A stretch of DNA of 63,904 bases, the filler included, from Choristocarpus tenellus KU-1152 (taxonomy: Eukaryota; Protista; Phaeophyceae), in the NCBI GenBank assembly GCA_964200185.2. It is 8 parts of 8 records of this genome, joined end to end, with 100 filler letters (N's around TTAATTAATTAA, not from the genome) between each part and the next. Parts side by side here need not be neighbours in the genome. Positions count along the whole stretch, not along the records: positions 50,610 to 53,260 come from CAXNAD020025954.1; positions 53,361 to 58,571 come from CAXNAD020011494.1; positions 58,672 to 61,221 come from CAXNAD020026851.1; positions 61,322 to 63,904 come from CAXNAD020026556.1; 4 more parts are not named here. One strand, given 5' to 3'. This document shows positions 51,709 to 63,376 of the stretch, piece by piece. The notes beneath the pieces are model-generated. The model was not told the DNA's origin. It made no database searches and was given only the letters and a program-made list of their open reading frames with translations. How positions within the stretch are numbered: the first letter of the stretch is position 1; every line of letters begins with the position of its first letter. The position numbers and the translations under genes were made by a program.

Positions 51709-53170
51709 TGTGAAAAACAGGACAATCAACAAGGCGTACCCTGATTTGTGTGAGATTATGGCATTGGATTGAGTCCATGTGATGTTACTAATGAGATAGT
51801 ACATCTGGATTATGTATGGGGTTTGGTATTGCAATTAAACTACTCTGACGTAGCCGTTGGCTGATGTATGAGACACATTTAATAATAAAGAAACAATTAG
51901 TAAGAAGATACCCCACAAGGTTACTCTTCTAATTCCATCCATCCATTTTTTAAACGTTCAGCAAAGGGGGTCATGCGAGGCTCCACACCTTCTTGTCTTC
52001 ACTACAGATCAAATAGCAATACTTTCCAAGGTTAATTGTACAGATTACGAGCCTTAGTAGTATGGAGACTAATCTGAAGAAACTTGCTGTCTGGACAACA
52101 AGGGGATGAGGACAGTCATTGGAAACCTGGTCCACTTGAAGACCGTCATTGATAGGCCACGCTGGGGGAAGGGGGTTGTACGAAATCACGAGGGACTAAG
52201 AAATTCAAGATACTCCCACGACCACTTCAGTGGCAGCAGTTCGCACGGCACATGCCACCTACATCGGATTGAAAGTACCTTGGAGGGTACGAGTTTGTCC
52301 CTGTTTGTCCATTTGGGGCTTGGCTTCCCACGTTCGTTTTAATGACGTTTTACCTACTCCGAAACATTTTGGAGTAGTTAACGTATACGTTATGAAAAGG
52401 TGTGTCCAGAACAAGGATGTTGACACTTCCTAACAAGCACAACAGCCAAAATATCATCAAAATCGCAACATTGGATTTTGGTCTCCAAACGGACGCGACT
52501 TTACCCTCTAAGATACTTTGACTCTCAAGGACAACAAGTCAATATGGTTCCTGCTTATCCAAGCAACAAAGGGCTCAGCATCGGCAATTGTAGCCAGATT
52601 TGAAAACGAGGGTCAGCTGGACGGCAGGGGGGCTTGGTTAGAACTAGAAAGGGTCTATCGAGGACGTGCGGAGGACGAGATCCCCGTGCAGCTTTTCGCA
52701 CTGGAGGCAAAAATTCGAGAACTCCAGTGCGCAGCGTCACAGGACACTACGGATTTTGTAATCAAACTCGAGCGGCTCTTTGCCGATTTCGAGCAACTAA
52801 AGGAACCAAAGTAGGAAAATATAAAAAGGGCATCTATACTGCTTGAGATCAGGGGCGCAATGCCACATGTGTTCGTGCAATTGATAAAGCGCCCTGACAT
52901 CAGCTACGAGGAGCTCAAACGGGTAATCATCTCTTCGAAAATGTACCTACACTCAGACTAAGATGGACACGATGGGGTATTGGTGATGCACGGCATTGTG
53001 AGGAACTGCCATGCTGGAAGTGGCCCCAAATCCTACCAATAATGTGAATACTGCTTGAAGGTTAACCACAAATGGCAGAGGTGCTGCTTATACGGGGATG
53101 GAGCCTGCCAGAACATTTTGGCCACCTCCACCTGGTTGGAGCAGTAACAACGGACGTCCACTGAGGAACA
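51709..53170 (+). mobile_element. Ty1/Copia 5' end: LTR, decayed PBS and gag, interrupted by a MITE
   Basis: LTR about 51709-52042, then GATTACGAGCC. Gag-like IWFLLIQATKGSASAIV...DGRGAWLELERVY...DFVIKLERLFADF with in-frame stops, and a knuckle remnant CEYCLKVNHKWQRC. Confidence 0.75.
52267..52524 (-). mobile_element. MITE family A copy inside Copia gag
   Basis: GATTGAAAGTACCTTGGAGGGTA ... TACCCTCTAAGATACTTTGACTC; flanks TCG/TCA. Confidence 0.9.
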
Positions 53171-53386
53171 GACCCAAAGTATCTGGGAGGGGGGGGGGGT
53201 CTACACAAGGGTGTCCATTTGGGTCAAAATCAGGAAAGTGCATTTACAGTAATCATAGATNNNNNNNNNNNNNNNNNNNNNNNNNNNNNNNNNNNNNNNN
53301 NNNNTTAATTAATTAANNNNNNNNNNNNNNNNNNNNNNNNNNNNNNNNNNNNNNNNNNNNCCCCCTCCTCCCAGATACTTTGGGTC
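53171..53386 (-). mobile_element. MITE family B ends on both sides of a linker
   Basis: GACCCAAAGTATCTGGGAGGG at 53171 and CCTCCCAGATACTTTGGGTC ending at 53386. Confidence 0.75.
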
Positions 53387-53399
53387 TCTAAGGTCAAGC

Positions 53400-54827
53400 C
53401 CCGTTTTTTTTCCTCCCTCTGCAGGGTCCATCATGAGCTCAGGGCCTTGCTCCAGTAGTGTAGAGACGGAGTCATCGCCTCTGTCCAGATGAGCAGTCCC
53501 TATGCTCTTCTACATCACCTCCACACTCACACTCATACGCCGCATAGAAGTAATATCTTGTTCCAGACATGCAATGTGCAGTTCTGTCTTCCTTCGGGCC
53601 GCCTCTTCAAATAATTTCTTCATGTCAAACCCTAACACGTTCCGCAATGTCTTGCTGCCCACAATCAACACATCATCATTGCCTGGTATAACTACTAAGA
53701 CAAGATTCTCACACCACCACGGGCCCATAGCTCGAGTGGAGTGCCACATTTAAGGGATGAGTAACGTTCCTTATGGACTCAGATAAACCATTTGCTATCT
53801 TTATGGGGAAGGGTTGGTATAGGGCCTTCCATAGCGCTGCTCCACCATAATGCTGCTTAATATTTGGCACCAGGCTCTCAGATATGCCTGTGATCTCTGA
53901 CCCTGGGTTCATCAGGGCCATCATACTGAAATACAACTTCCCATACATGTCACCCCCACTGTAGTTACATCTGCTGTACCATGGTAGCTCAACCTTTCTA
54001 CATCCACCCCTTCCGTGGCTAGGGACACATCCTCATTAGTGCCCTGGATTTTTTGCAGGCCAGTATGGCCTGCATAAGGTTTAATGTTGGGATCTCGGCT
54101 TGGTGGCAGCAGATGCATCCCATGATCCACATCATCAGGAACCATCTCATCGACCCTCGCTGCCCTGCCACTTGTACTCCCACCGCCAGTGCCTTGCCCG
54201 AACTCGGTAGCAGGCTGCGGAGCTAGCCCCTGCTGACTCCTTGTACCTTGGGCTGCACCTAGACGGCTTATTCCTCTCCCTACACTTGAGGGTTGGTGTC
54301 TGGGACCCCCGGGTTGTTGTCTTGCCCTGGTCCAGATCCCCTCGCAGGGTCTGTACCTCTACCACAATCCTGTGGGTGTCCCTGCTCTCGGTGCTGCTGC
54401 TTCTTCCGGACTCCAACCAGCAAGCTTCGGCATTGAGCATGTTTATGCCCAACTTTTCCACATGCATCACACGTCCCTTGGAACTTGTTCTTCCTCACAC
54501 TAAGTCCACTACCAGGTGTGCCTTCCCCTGGCTTGCCCATCGTCTCCACAAACTTAGGCTTCCCCTCTTGGTGTTAGCCACCGGGTTCACCTTGCTTGGT
54601 TCGCTTTGTTCATATGCCTGGGCCCTCTCATAAGTTCCCCAATTTTGGGCTTCCTCCTTTACCAGCTCAAAGATCTGGCCTGGATCCTTGTTGAGCTCAG
54701 GGTCCCAAGCTACATACTTAGAAATTTCAGCCATTAACGCAGGGGGGGTCTAAGCCCTGCATAAAGGTCTCTGAAATTACGTTTCCCGGCCCTGCTTTCC
54801 AAGTCTCCCCTACTTGTCCAGCTTTAT
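53400..54827 (-). mobile_element. Ty3/Gypsy-like gag-protease remnant
   Basis: Knuckle FQGTCDACGKVGHKHAQC; decayed protease ALMNPGSEITGISESL, IKIANG, LVVIPGNDDVLIVGSKTL; several frameshifts. Confidence 0.7.
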
Positions 54828-55005
54828 AGCTCAAAATATCTGGGAGGTGGTGGCGGTTGTCCGTTTTGGGTCCATTTTTCCATGTCGCGATTTTTGGGTG
54901 ATTTGGTTGCATGTGTCGGATGGATATAATGCACATGCACTTTTCGTGGTCAGGGCCCAAATGGACACTTTGGTGTAGAACCCCCCCCCCCAGGTACTTT
55001 GAGCC
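54828..55005 (+). mobile_element. MITE family B copy
   Basis: AGCTCAAAATATCTGGG ... CCCAGGTACTTTGAGCC with the family body. Confidence 0.88.
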
Positions 55006-55330
55006 TAATTCCGGAAAGCACCATCCAGATTATTATCTTCCAGATTAGCCCACATTCACCTACGTGTAAATAGTCAAAGTGAAGTACTTGCCCCACCGCT
55101 GTGCCATGCACCGTCTCCCTGTAGGGTCTCGGTACGCGCTCATCAGCCTTGAAATTCATGCAGTTCAAGCAGTCCTGTACAAACTCCACCACATCCGCCT
55201 CCATTGTAGACCAAACGCAATTCCCCTTTAGCCTCTGCACTGTTAGGAAAACCCTCCATGCTATGACTATCATTTCAGACTTTCCACGCCTCCCAATATA
55301 TATGAGAACCAAGCCTCTTGCAGAGGGTTT
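55006..55330 (-). mobile_element. Gypsy-type integrase N-terminal fragment
   Basis: WSTMEADVVEFVQDCLNC...VPRPYRETVHGTAVGQVLHFDYLHVG: end of the zinc-binding domain and first catalytic Asp. Confidence 0.75.
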
Positions 55331-55596
55331 TGTGAAAAATATGACAATAGTGAGGTGTACCTTATTTATGTATGAGAGACGTAACTAATGAGATAGTAAA
55401 TCCGGAATATGAATAGGAATATGTATGGGTTATTCTGCATTCAACTACTTAGACATAATCTTTGACTTACGTATGAGACAAATAATAATAAAAAGCAATA
55501 GAAGACACCCCACAAAGGTCACTCTTCTAATTCCATATATTCTTTCACGTTCAGCAAAGGGAGTCGTTTGAGGCTCCACACCTTCTTGTCTTCACA
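55331..55596 (+). mobile_element. Copia LTR copy truncated by a family B MITE fragment (55597-about 55695)
   Basis: TGTGAAAAATATGACAATAGTGAGGTGTACC...GAGGCTCCACACCTTCTTGTCTTCAC, homologous to the LTRs at 51709 and 56534. Confidence 0.75.
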
Positions 55597-56533
55597 AGCT
55601 AAGTATCTGGGGGGGGTGGTGGCTGTCCATTTGGGGTCAATTTTTTTTATGTCGGGATCTTGGGTGATTTGGTTGCATGTCAAATGGATAATGTGAGAGT
55701 TTATGAAATAATCTGAGTTTTGTGGGCGGAACAATTCTGGTTGGCTGGGGGCACAGGACAAAGGGGGGTAGGGAAAAGAAAAAGAAGGAAGCAGGAAGAG
55801 AACGAATAGTTAAGGAAGGGAAGAGAAGGTTAACAGAAATGAGTGGTAGAAAAGGGGAGAAACAGCATTCAGTGATTGATAAAAGGGAAGAGAACCAGCG
55901 GTACAGGACGAGGAGGGGAGACCGAGGCAACCTCCGAGCAAGCTCTCCCGCCCACCTACCCTGTCGCTTGCTCACGAACGACGGGAACACTGGGAGGGGG
56001 GGGGGAGGAGAGGTCAAGTTCCGGCGGGGTAGATGTCTTCTAGCTCAAAGGCACGGGTTGAAGTGGATCATGAAGGGGGTTCTTGGATGATTGTGGAGTG
56101 GTGTTGAGTGATGTGGGAACTGCTGTGGGGTTGAGAGGAGTGGTAACTTGTTGTGTGGGGTTGAAAGGTGGGGGGTGGTTGGCAATCAGTGACGAAGGGC
56201 ATTCGCACTGGTTGGTCATCAAATGGGGAATAGAGAATAGAGGAATGGCAATAAGGAGGTGATAGCTACTCCAAGAGTTTTGTCTTCCCCTCACACCTTC
56301 CTCCGCAGGGCCTTGTTAACCACTGCAAAACCAGTCGGTCCCACCCCCTTCGACCAGCCATCACCGGGACTGTTCCTTGAACTGTCTCCGATAGAACATT
56401 GGTCTCTTCCTGATGGCGATGATGATGTTGCTGTTGAACAAGGAATAAGCAAATAATAATAATCCAGAATTCGTGAGCAAAACAAAGTGCGCTTTTCCTG
56501 ATTATGCCCCAAAATGGACACCCTGGTGTAGAC

Positions 56534-58571
56534 TGTGCAAAATAGGACAATAGTGAGGTGTACCTTATTTTGTGCATATGTATGGGATTTTGTATTGGTA
56601 TTTATTCCGCATTCAACTACTTCGACATAACCGTTGACTTAGATAGGAGGCACAAATAACTAATAAACAAGCAATGAGAAGACGCCACACAAAGGTCACT
56701 CTTCTAATTTCAACCATGTAATCACGTTCAGCAAAGGGGGTTGTGTGAGGCTTCACACCTTCTATTCTTCACTACTAACAAATAGCATTACCTCCCAAGA
56801 TAGATTTGCACAGGTTATGAGCCTCAGTAGTATGGAGAAAAGGAGCAGGCGATGGGCCCGAACGACATGAAGAATTTGCCCAACTGGACTGGAGCACCAG
56901 CACGATCAGTGGAGACTTGGATAACATGGAGATTATATCTGGTGGTTTATGCCAGTTTACTTAAAGGGTCTATAAGACATTGTGCGGCGAAAATACGTCG
57001 TCCTGAACTCACGGAGACACTAACGGAACAGGAACGAAAATCGCAAGGAAACTACGAAAGAGAGGAATCAACGAAGGATACGCGGAGGACTAGATACCTC
57101 GCCACGAGCCTGAGCCTGAGCCTGTACCTGCCACTAGGGGAGCAGGACATTAGCAGGAGCAGTAACTAAGCCTCCACCAGAAAGGAAAGGAGGAGCTAAC
57201 CGTGGGAGCACTCTAGCCACTGGGACCATAAACTCATGGAAGAGAACACAGAAGGTCAGCGGAGGAGGCGACCAAGTTACAACTGGTCAACATACGGACC
57301 ATATTATAACAAGATCCCTTACCAGAGACGAGATCAGGACCAACAGAAGATGTTTAAACTGTGGACTGATCAAGCATATTGGTCCTTGTTCTTTCGAAGG
57401 AATATGTTACAACTGTGGAGATAAAGGAAACCTTCAGATCGTTTGTCGCCAGAGGAGAGCGACACCGTCTAGACAAGCGGAGGAATTGGCTGGACCTGGG
57501 TTGGAGCCAGAAAAGAAAAACCAGAGGAAGCTTGTCAGCAAAGGGCTGCCTGCACAAGACTTGTAAGTCTGGGAAGTAAATAATATCTACTCCAGACCAT
57601 TAAGAACCATCTTCCATATCAGAGGCACCCTGGCGAGGAAGGTTGTTAGCAAAGGACTTCACTCAACGAGAGGATGTACAAGACATTCAATTATGATAGG
57701 CTTCAAGCCTGGGGGAGTGAGTGCTACGTCCAACAAGAGAAACAGCAAAAGAGGGGACAAGAACACGTATATGATATCTACAACGACTCCTCCGTCCTTG
57801 AACCAAGAGGACCTTACTGAAAGGTTGGAAAGGTTGGAAGGATTTATCGGTTCTTATTTTGGTGAAACTGGACTCTTTTTTTTTTCTCTGTGACTGTCAT
57901 CTCTTGTGTTCTTACAAATTATTTTATTTGAATTTGTCCCCCATCTCTTGTACATTTTAGTGCATACCCCCACAGTAGTCAAATGACAGCTGTGATGTTG
58001 TATGCAGACCGACTTTAGTCAGGGAGAGGTTTTCCTCATTTTTTTGTGTGTATGGTATTTCAGTGATAAGTCAATTGTTAAGTACTACTCTTTTCCAAAG
58101 ATTCATTTTAGGCGTGACACTAGGGATATTTCGTGGATCATGGGAGACGCATTTTTCGTATGGCTAAGGACCCACAGTAGAAAACACCCCAGGATGTGTT
58201 CGTAGAGATTGTGATAGGATAGGTAGGAAGTGACAGCTCCACCATATTACTTTCTTCCTGTGACCTACAGTAGTGATGTACTAGGGAGGTTTTGTTGATT
58301 ATAGGAGACGCTATATATGCAGCTAAGGACCTTGCCATTTCATGGATTGTGGGAGACGCAACATGGCATTGCCAAGGACCTGCAGGAGAAAGTACGTGAG
58401 AATGTTTCCACATGAGGCTGCAGTACGAAAAAGGTTTAGATGACTGTTTTTTTTTGTACCTACACAGACCCAAAGTCAACATTGATGTTAGGGTATATAT
58501 ATATATATATATTACTTCCACTATCATGGGGGAGTGTGCAGAATGGGGAGTGTGCAAAATAGGACAATAGT
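56534..58571 (+). mobile_element. Pol-less Copia-type LTR element (LTR-PBS-gag remnant-PPT-LTR start)
   Basis: 5' LTR 56534-56812 (TG..CA); GGTTATGAGCC at 56813; 1738-bp interior; ATGGGGAG then TGTGCAAAATAGGACAATAGT at 58551, identical to the start of the 5' LTR and cut by the gap. Confidence 0.8.
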
Positions 58572-58671
58572 NNNNNNNNNNNNNNNNNNNNNNNNNNNNN
58601 NNNNNNNNNNNNNNNTTAATTAATTAANNNNNNNNNNNNNNNNNNNNNNNNNNNNNNNNNNNNNNNNNNNN

Positions 58672-58831
58672 GGGGGGGGGGGGCGGCTGTCCATTTGGGG
58701 TCAATTTTTTCATGTCGTGATTTTTGGGCGATTTGGTTGCATACATCGGATGGATACTATATATGCACTTTTCTTTGGTCCAAATGGACACCCTGGTGTA
58801 GACCCCCCCCCCCTCCCAGATACTTTGGGTC
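58672..58831 (+). mobile_element. MITE family B copy (left end in gap)
   Basis: GGCTGTCCATTTGGGGTC ... CCTCCCAGATACTTTGGGTC. Confidence 0.85.
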
Positions 58832-59158
58832 TGGAATGTGTTTTTGCGATGTAGAGCACATACACCCGACTGGCTGATATACATGTCTGTCGGTTTCCCT
58901 CCTCCTTGATTAGCTCTTACACTCCTCTCACCCTTCTGAAGCTGAGGCGTTCGAGGGCAGGGGAGCACAGCGCATCATCAGTTAATCGACTGTTCACCAG
59001 GCCTGCGGTATCTGTAGGTAAATCGTGCAAGGATGTACTCATCCTCGGGTATCTAACCTGCGGCGGGTTCCCTCACCATGACGGTAAATCAAGTGGTGCA
59101 TGCGCAACCAGCATCTATTCGGTCGTGTGATTGTTGAGCTACAACCCATAATACGTAC

Positions 59159-60620
59159 CTCCTCCAAGAGTTTGAGGAGTGAAGAACACCTCCGCGAACT
59201 GGCCTTCGACTTGTGCGGCCATGATCTTCTGGCGCTCGGAGTAGCCCCTGATTACAAGGACATCAACCAAAGAAAGGTGTAAAGAAAGGTGTTACGGTGC
59301 GTCATCATCATGAACGGAATAGTTAGTGGAATTATGTGCGTCTGTTTTGGCAGTTATTTCTTAGGACTTTGCACTCATTCGTTGAATGAAACAGGGTTGT
59401 CTATTCTGTTCTGCGTGCGGCTGCAACTTGTTGACAAATGGACTATGCGTGCGTGTGGTTACCTGTCACCGCCATGGGTAGGTGGGTAAAGTGCTGGGAG
59501 GGCGTGGGATGTCTGGTTCGCTGCGTCTACAGACATGAGCACGAAGCCGAGAGGTTTGCCCTCGGCTTTGGCCCGCATGGCGCTGCTGGTGTTGTTGGCG
59601 ATGACCAGCCGATCCGCTTGGATAATCTGGCGAATGGGGGAGAGCAACATCACATCTGTAAATCAAATAAATCTGTTTAGAGGTGCAAAAAAATGGCCAC
59701 TTGTTAACACGTACCAGGTACGAGACAAAAATCGAGCGTAGGTAACAATAAATAATTGTCTTTGCTCATATTTTTTACTGCTGCATTCAAGGCAAAGACA
59801 GTATTATCGGGACGGGAGCAAGTACGTACGTACGGGGCCGGAAGATCGCAACATGGAGTCAAAGTATCTTAGAGGGTAGAGCCGTGTCCAATTGGGGGTC
59901 AAAACCCAATGTTGCAATTTTGATGTAACTTTGATGTAATTTTGGCTATCATGTTTGTTAGGAGATGTTATTGTCCTTGTTCTGGACACACCTTCTCATA
60001 ACGTATACATTTTACCTACTCCGAAACATTTTGGAGTAGGTAGAACGTTAGAAAAAAACTTGTGGGAAGCCAAGTCCCAAATAGACAAACAGGGCAAGAA
60101 TCGTACCCTCTAAGATACTTTCACTCATGACCTGTTCCTCCCAAAGCCCGTTGTAGACGACCAGGAAACAGTCTATCACACAAGGTGTTTGGGCAACTAA
60201 TAACAACAGTTTTGCGCTGAGTGAGGCTGCTGCTGCTGCCATAAGCACCTGCATCGGAGCCTTCATTCGCAAAAGGCAACAAATGTTGTTCCCAATGGAG
60301 GGCAATGGCAGCGAAATGTTGCCACTGTACGATTGTCGCAAAATTAACGCTGGACACCTACCTTTCGATGGTCTGACAGCTCCTTGTCAATGGACTCAAG
60401 GACGGTGGAGTCGTTCGTGGGTTTTACACCAGGCACAATGTGCCGCTTCTCTTTTAACGTGACACATATGTCACATTTCATAAATTCGCCTCCTACCCTC
60501 ACCCTGATGTTGGGCCTGTCCTCTCGGAGCAATCGGAGGAAGTGCGCCTTGCTTACCCGCTTGGAAGTGTCGTCAGGATACACCCGTATTGCCTCTTTGC
60601 AAAAAATCCTCGTATAGCTC
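59159..60620 (-). mobile_element. Intron-containing Sola2-like DDE transposase, frameshifted and apparently truncated
   Basis: Exons 60620-60362, 59626-59463, 59247-59159 splice GT-AG in phase to ELYEDF/CKEA...VSKAHFLRLLREDRPNIRVRVGGEFMKCDICVTLKE...SDHRKIIQADR...VLMSVDAANQTSHALP...RQKIMAAQVEGQFAEVFFTPQTLGG. There is one extra T in a T6 run at 60601-60606. Upstream exons probably lie in 60760-61221. Family call is from remembered motifs. Confidence 0.65.
59856..60126 (+). mobile_element. MITE family A copy within a transposase intron
   Basis: GAGTCAAAGTATCTTAGAGGGTA ... TACCCTCTAAGATACTTTCACTC, flanked by ATG/ATG. Confidence 0.93.
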
Positions 60621-61321
60621 CTAATTAATGGTGTTGGTTGTGTAGGCAAGTGAGGAGTTATTGAGAAGGAACACTCGAAGAACACCCCTGCATGATCTCT
60701 CGAAGGCGGGCTGACCAATAACTTGACTGACAACACGAAGACAGGATCAAGCAAGCTTATATCGTGCGTAATGAAAGAGCAAATACAACGATCTTCGTAA
60801 ATCTGCCAAGAGCGTCATTCTGTTCGGGCCTCGCCGCCGTTTGCAGAAACAGTAAAGGAGGTGAATCTACCATCATCCTCATCATCATCGTGAAGTGCTT
60901 CAGACATACAAAGTACACACTTTTCCTACCAATCTCAGACCGGGCCCGGGGCCAGAGAGTAGGCGTACACAGCGGTGAAATAACAGTTACTGTGCCTTCC
61001 TCCGTAAAAGCGATGAAGAGTATCATCATCATCATTGAGGTCTCGATATAACAAACGAAAAAAAGAGTACTTCGTACGAAGCTTCACATTTTTTTTAACC
61101 ATAATCTCAGACCGGTCAAAGTAATATGCAACCACCACTCGAAATACTCCTTCGATCCACTTCTTCTACATACTGCTGGGTCACACGGTTTGCAACTAAC
61201 TCCAACGCAGGGTGTGGCCAANNNNNNNNNNNNNNNNNNNNNNNNNNNNNNNNNNNNNNNNNNNNTTAATTAATTAANNNNNNNNNNNNNNNNNNNNNNN
61301 NNNNNNNNNNNNNNNNNNNNN

Positions 61322-62815
61322 AGCGGTGAATCAGGTGGTGGAGGTGTTGGTCAGGGGCTAGGGGGTGTTCCTGATCCTGACGTGGATACACTTATGAGGT
61401 CATCACAACCATTTCGGATGAGGTAGGTGAGGGTGAGGGAAAGGAGAAGGACGCAGGGAGATGGAGTTGGCCAGCATGAGAGTAACTGTGTGAAGGAATA
61501 GTAGGACTTTTGTGGTGTCTTGGTGTAGTTATGTAGGGCCAAATCACTTTGATACATCACCTTGTCGAGTTTGCAATGTAAAGTGAGATTAGTGGTGGTA
61601 ATGTAATGTAGAGCAGATCTGTATTCTAACCCTAACCCTAACCCCCATCTGCGTGCTACTTGTGAATCGTGACCTTTTCTTGCGGCCCCTAACCTGGCAA
61701 AACAAGAAGACTAGATTATGACAATCTGAAGAGCTTCAGAGTCTCACAGAGTACAAAGTATCAGCCAAGGTTTTGTGCCCCATTCTCTCATGAGTATGCT
61801 CATATCACCTTGTCCAGTAGAACATTGAAGATTAGCAGCCCAGTCACATCGACCTAGAATCCACAATTGGTAGAAAGATCCGTTCTCCCTGTCCATGTGG
61901 AGATTTGTTCACCTTGATGACCCAAAGCATTTGAGAGGGTCAGAGTTTTGCCCTGTTCATCCTTTCGGGGCTTAATACAAAGTATCTTAGAGGGTAGAAC
62001 CGCATCCATTTGGGGGCCAAAATACAATTTTGCGATTTTGATGCAATTTTGGCTATCTTGTTTGTTAGGAAGTGTCAATATCCTTGTTCCGGACACACCT
62101 TTTCATAACATATATATTATAACTACTCTGAAACATTTCAGAGTAGGTAAAGTGTCATAAAATACCTGTGGGAAGCCAAGCCCCGAACGGACAAACAGGC
62201 AAAACTCGTACCCTCTAAGATACTTTCACTTGCTTGACTTCCCACGGATTTCTTATGACACTTTACCTACTCCGAAATGTTTCAGAGTAGTTAAAATATG
62301 TATGTTATGAAAAGGTGTGTCCGGAACAAGGGTATTGACACTTCATAACAAACACGATAGCCAAAATTAATCAAAATCGCAACATTGGATTTATGAACCC
62401 AAACAGACGCAACCCTACCCTCTTAAATGATTTGACATTGTCCTTCCAATGTATTTATGCTCTAAAATAGGCTAGCAGCAGATGAAGTTGCCTTTCCCAG
62501 CCATCTATACTCTAAACCGTCATGGTGCAAAATACAACACTCATTGCAATCAAGCTAGCTAATCAATCTAAACCTCCCCTCTACAACTCCCCCTCCTACT
62601 ACTCCTCAATGCACACCTTCAAACTCCCAATGAAGGAAAATGGCAGAAGTGGCTGCTCCAGAGGGGTTGTATCAACGCATCACAGGCCTACGTGCCTTAC
62701 AGCAAAGAGCATTGAGCTCTCATCGCCGTCTCAGCTTCTCAGAGGAGGAGGCATCTACCCGAGTAGACAAATGTCGCTCAGACGTTGACCGCAAGTGGCA
62801 AATGATGCTAGGAAG
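61322..62815 (+). CDS. Internal exons of an unknown protein
   Basis: Exons 61322-61422, 61707-61769, 62636-62815 are all joined in phase 2 and read open: GGVPDPDVDTLMRSSQPFRMRRLDYDNLKSFRVSQSTKYQPRKMAEVAAPEGLYQRITGLRALQQR...KWQMMLG. Confidence 0.6.
61919..62438. mobile_element. Nested pair of family A MITEs in opposite orientations
   Basis: Outer minus-orientation copy 61919-61973 plus 62232-62438, split at GGGGCTT/GCTTGACTTCCC by the inner copy 61974-62231. Confidence 0.85.
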
Positions 62816-63376
62816 GTTAGATTTCGTGTTTCAGAGATAAACAGATTCTAAAATAGATAGTGGAAACTCGAGGGGGCATATGCCGAAACTAGCTGCATGA
62901 GTGTGCCACATGACTTTGGGTGTTGCTAAGAAATGTAATACTGATTATTGAGATTCAGGGGGAAGGGACCTGATAGTAATGCAACATTTAGACCGATAGT
63001 CTATATCGCACTTCAACAGTTGAAATACCACTTCAAGTGGGGTGTTTTTCGCGTTTCCCTTCTACCTCCACTACTCTCATGGTGTCAACATAATTCATTT
63101 TCTATGTCCATGTAGCCTTTCACAGGACCTATTACATCCCTCCCTCCCCTGACCTATTCTGTCAGTTACTGGATAGGGGTTGACTCGTCGCTAGGTGTGA
63201 CACGGCACCTCCAAATCAGCAGGAGAAAGGTAACAGCACTACAGGCAGGATTTCGGACAGCAGTCTATATCGTCCTTGCTCGTGATGGATGGAAAAACCA
63301 AGACTGTCGTCTCAATACTTGAGGAGTCAGCAGAGTGGAGATGAGGATGTGTTTTCAGTGTTTGGAGATTGCGTAA

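Noticed and set aside
61626-61646. CCCTAA repeats as a telomere (also near 3516)
   Set aside because: Only 2-3 units inside introns; interstitial telo-box-like motifs.
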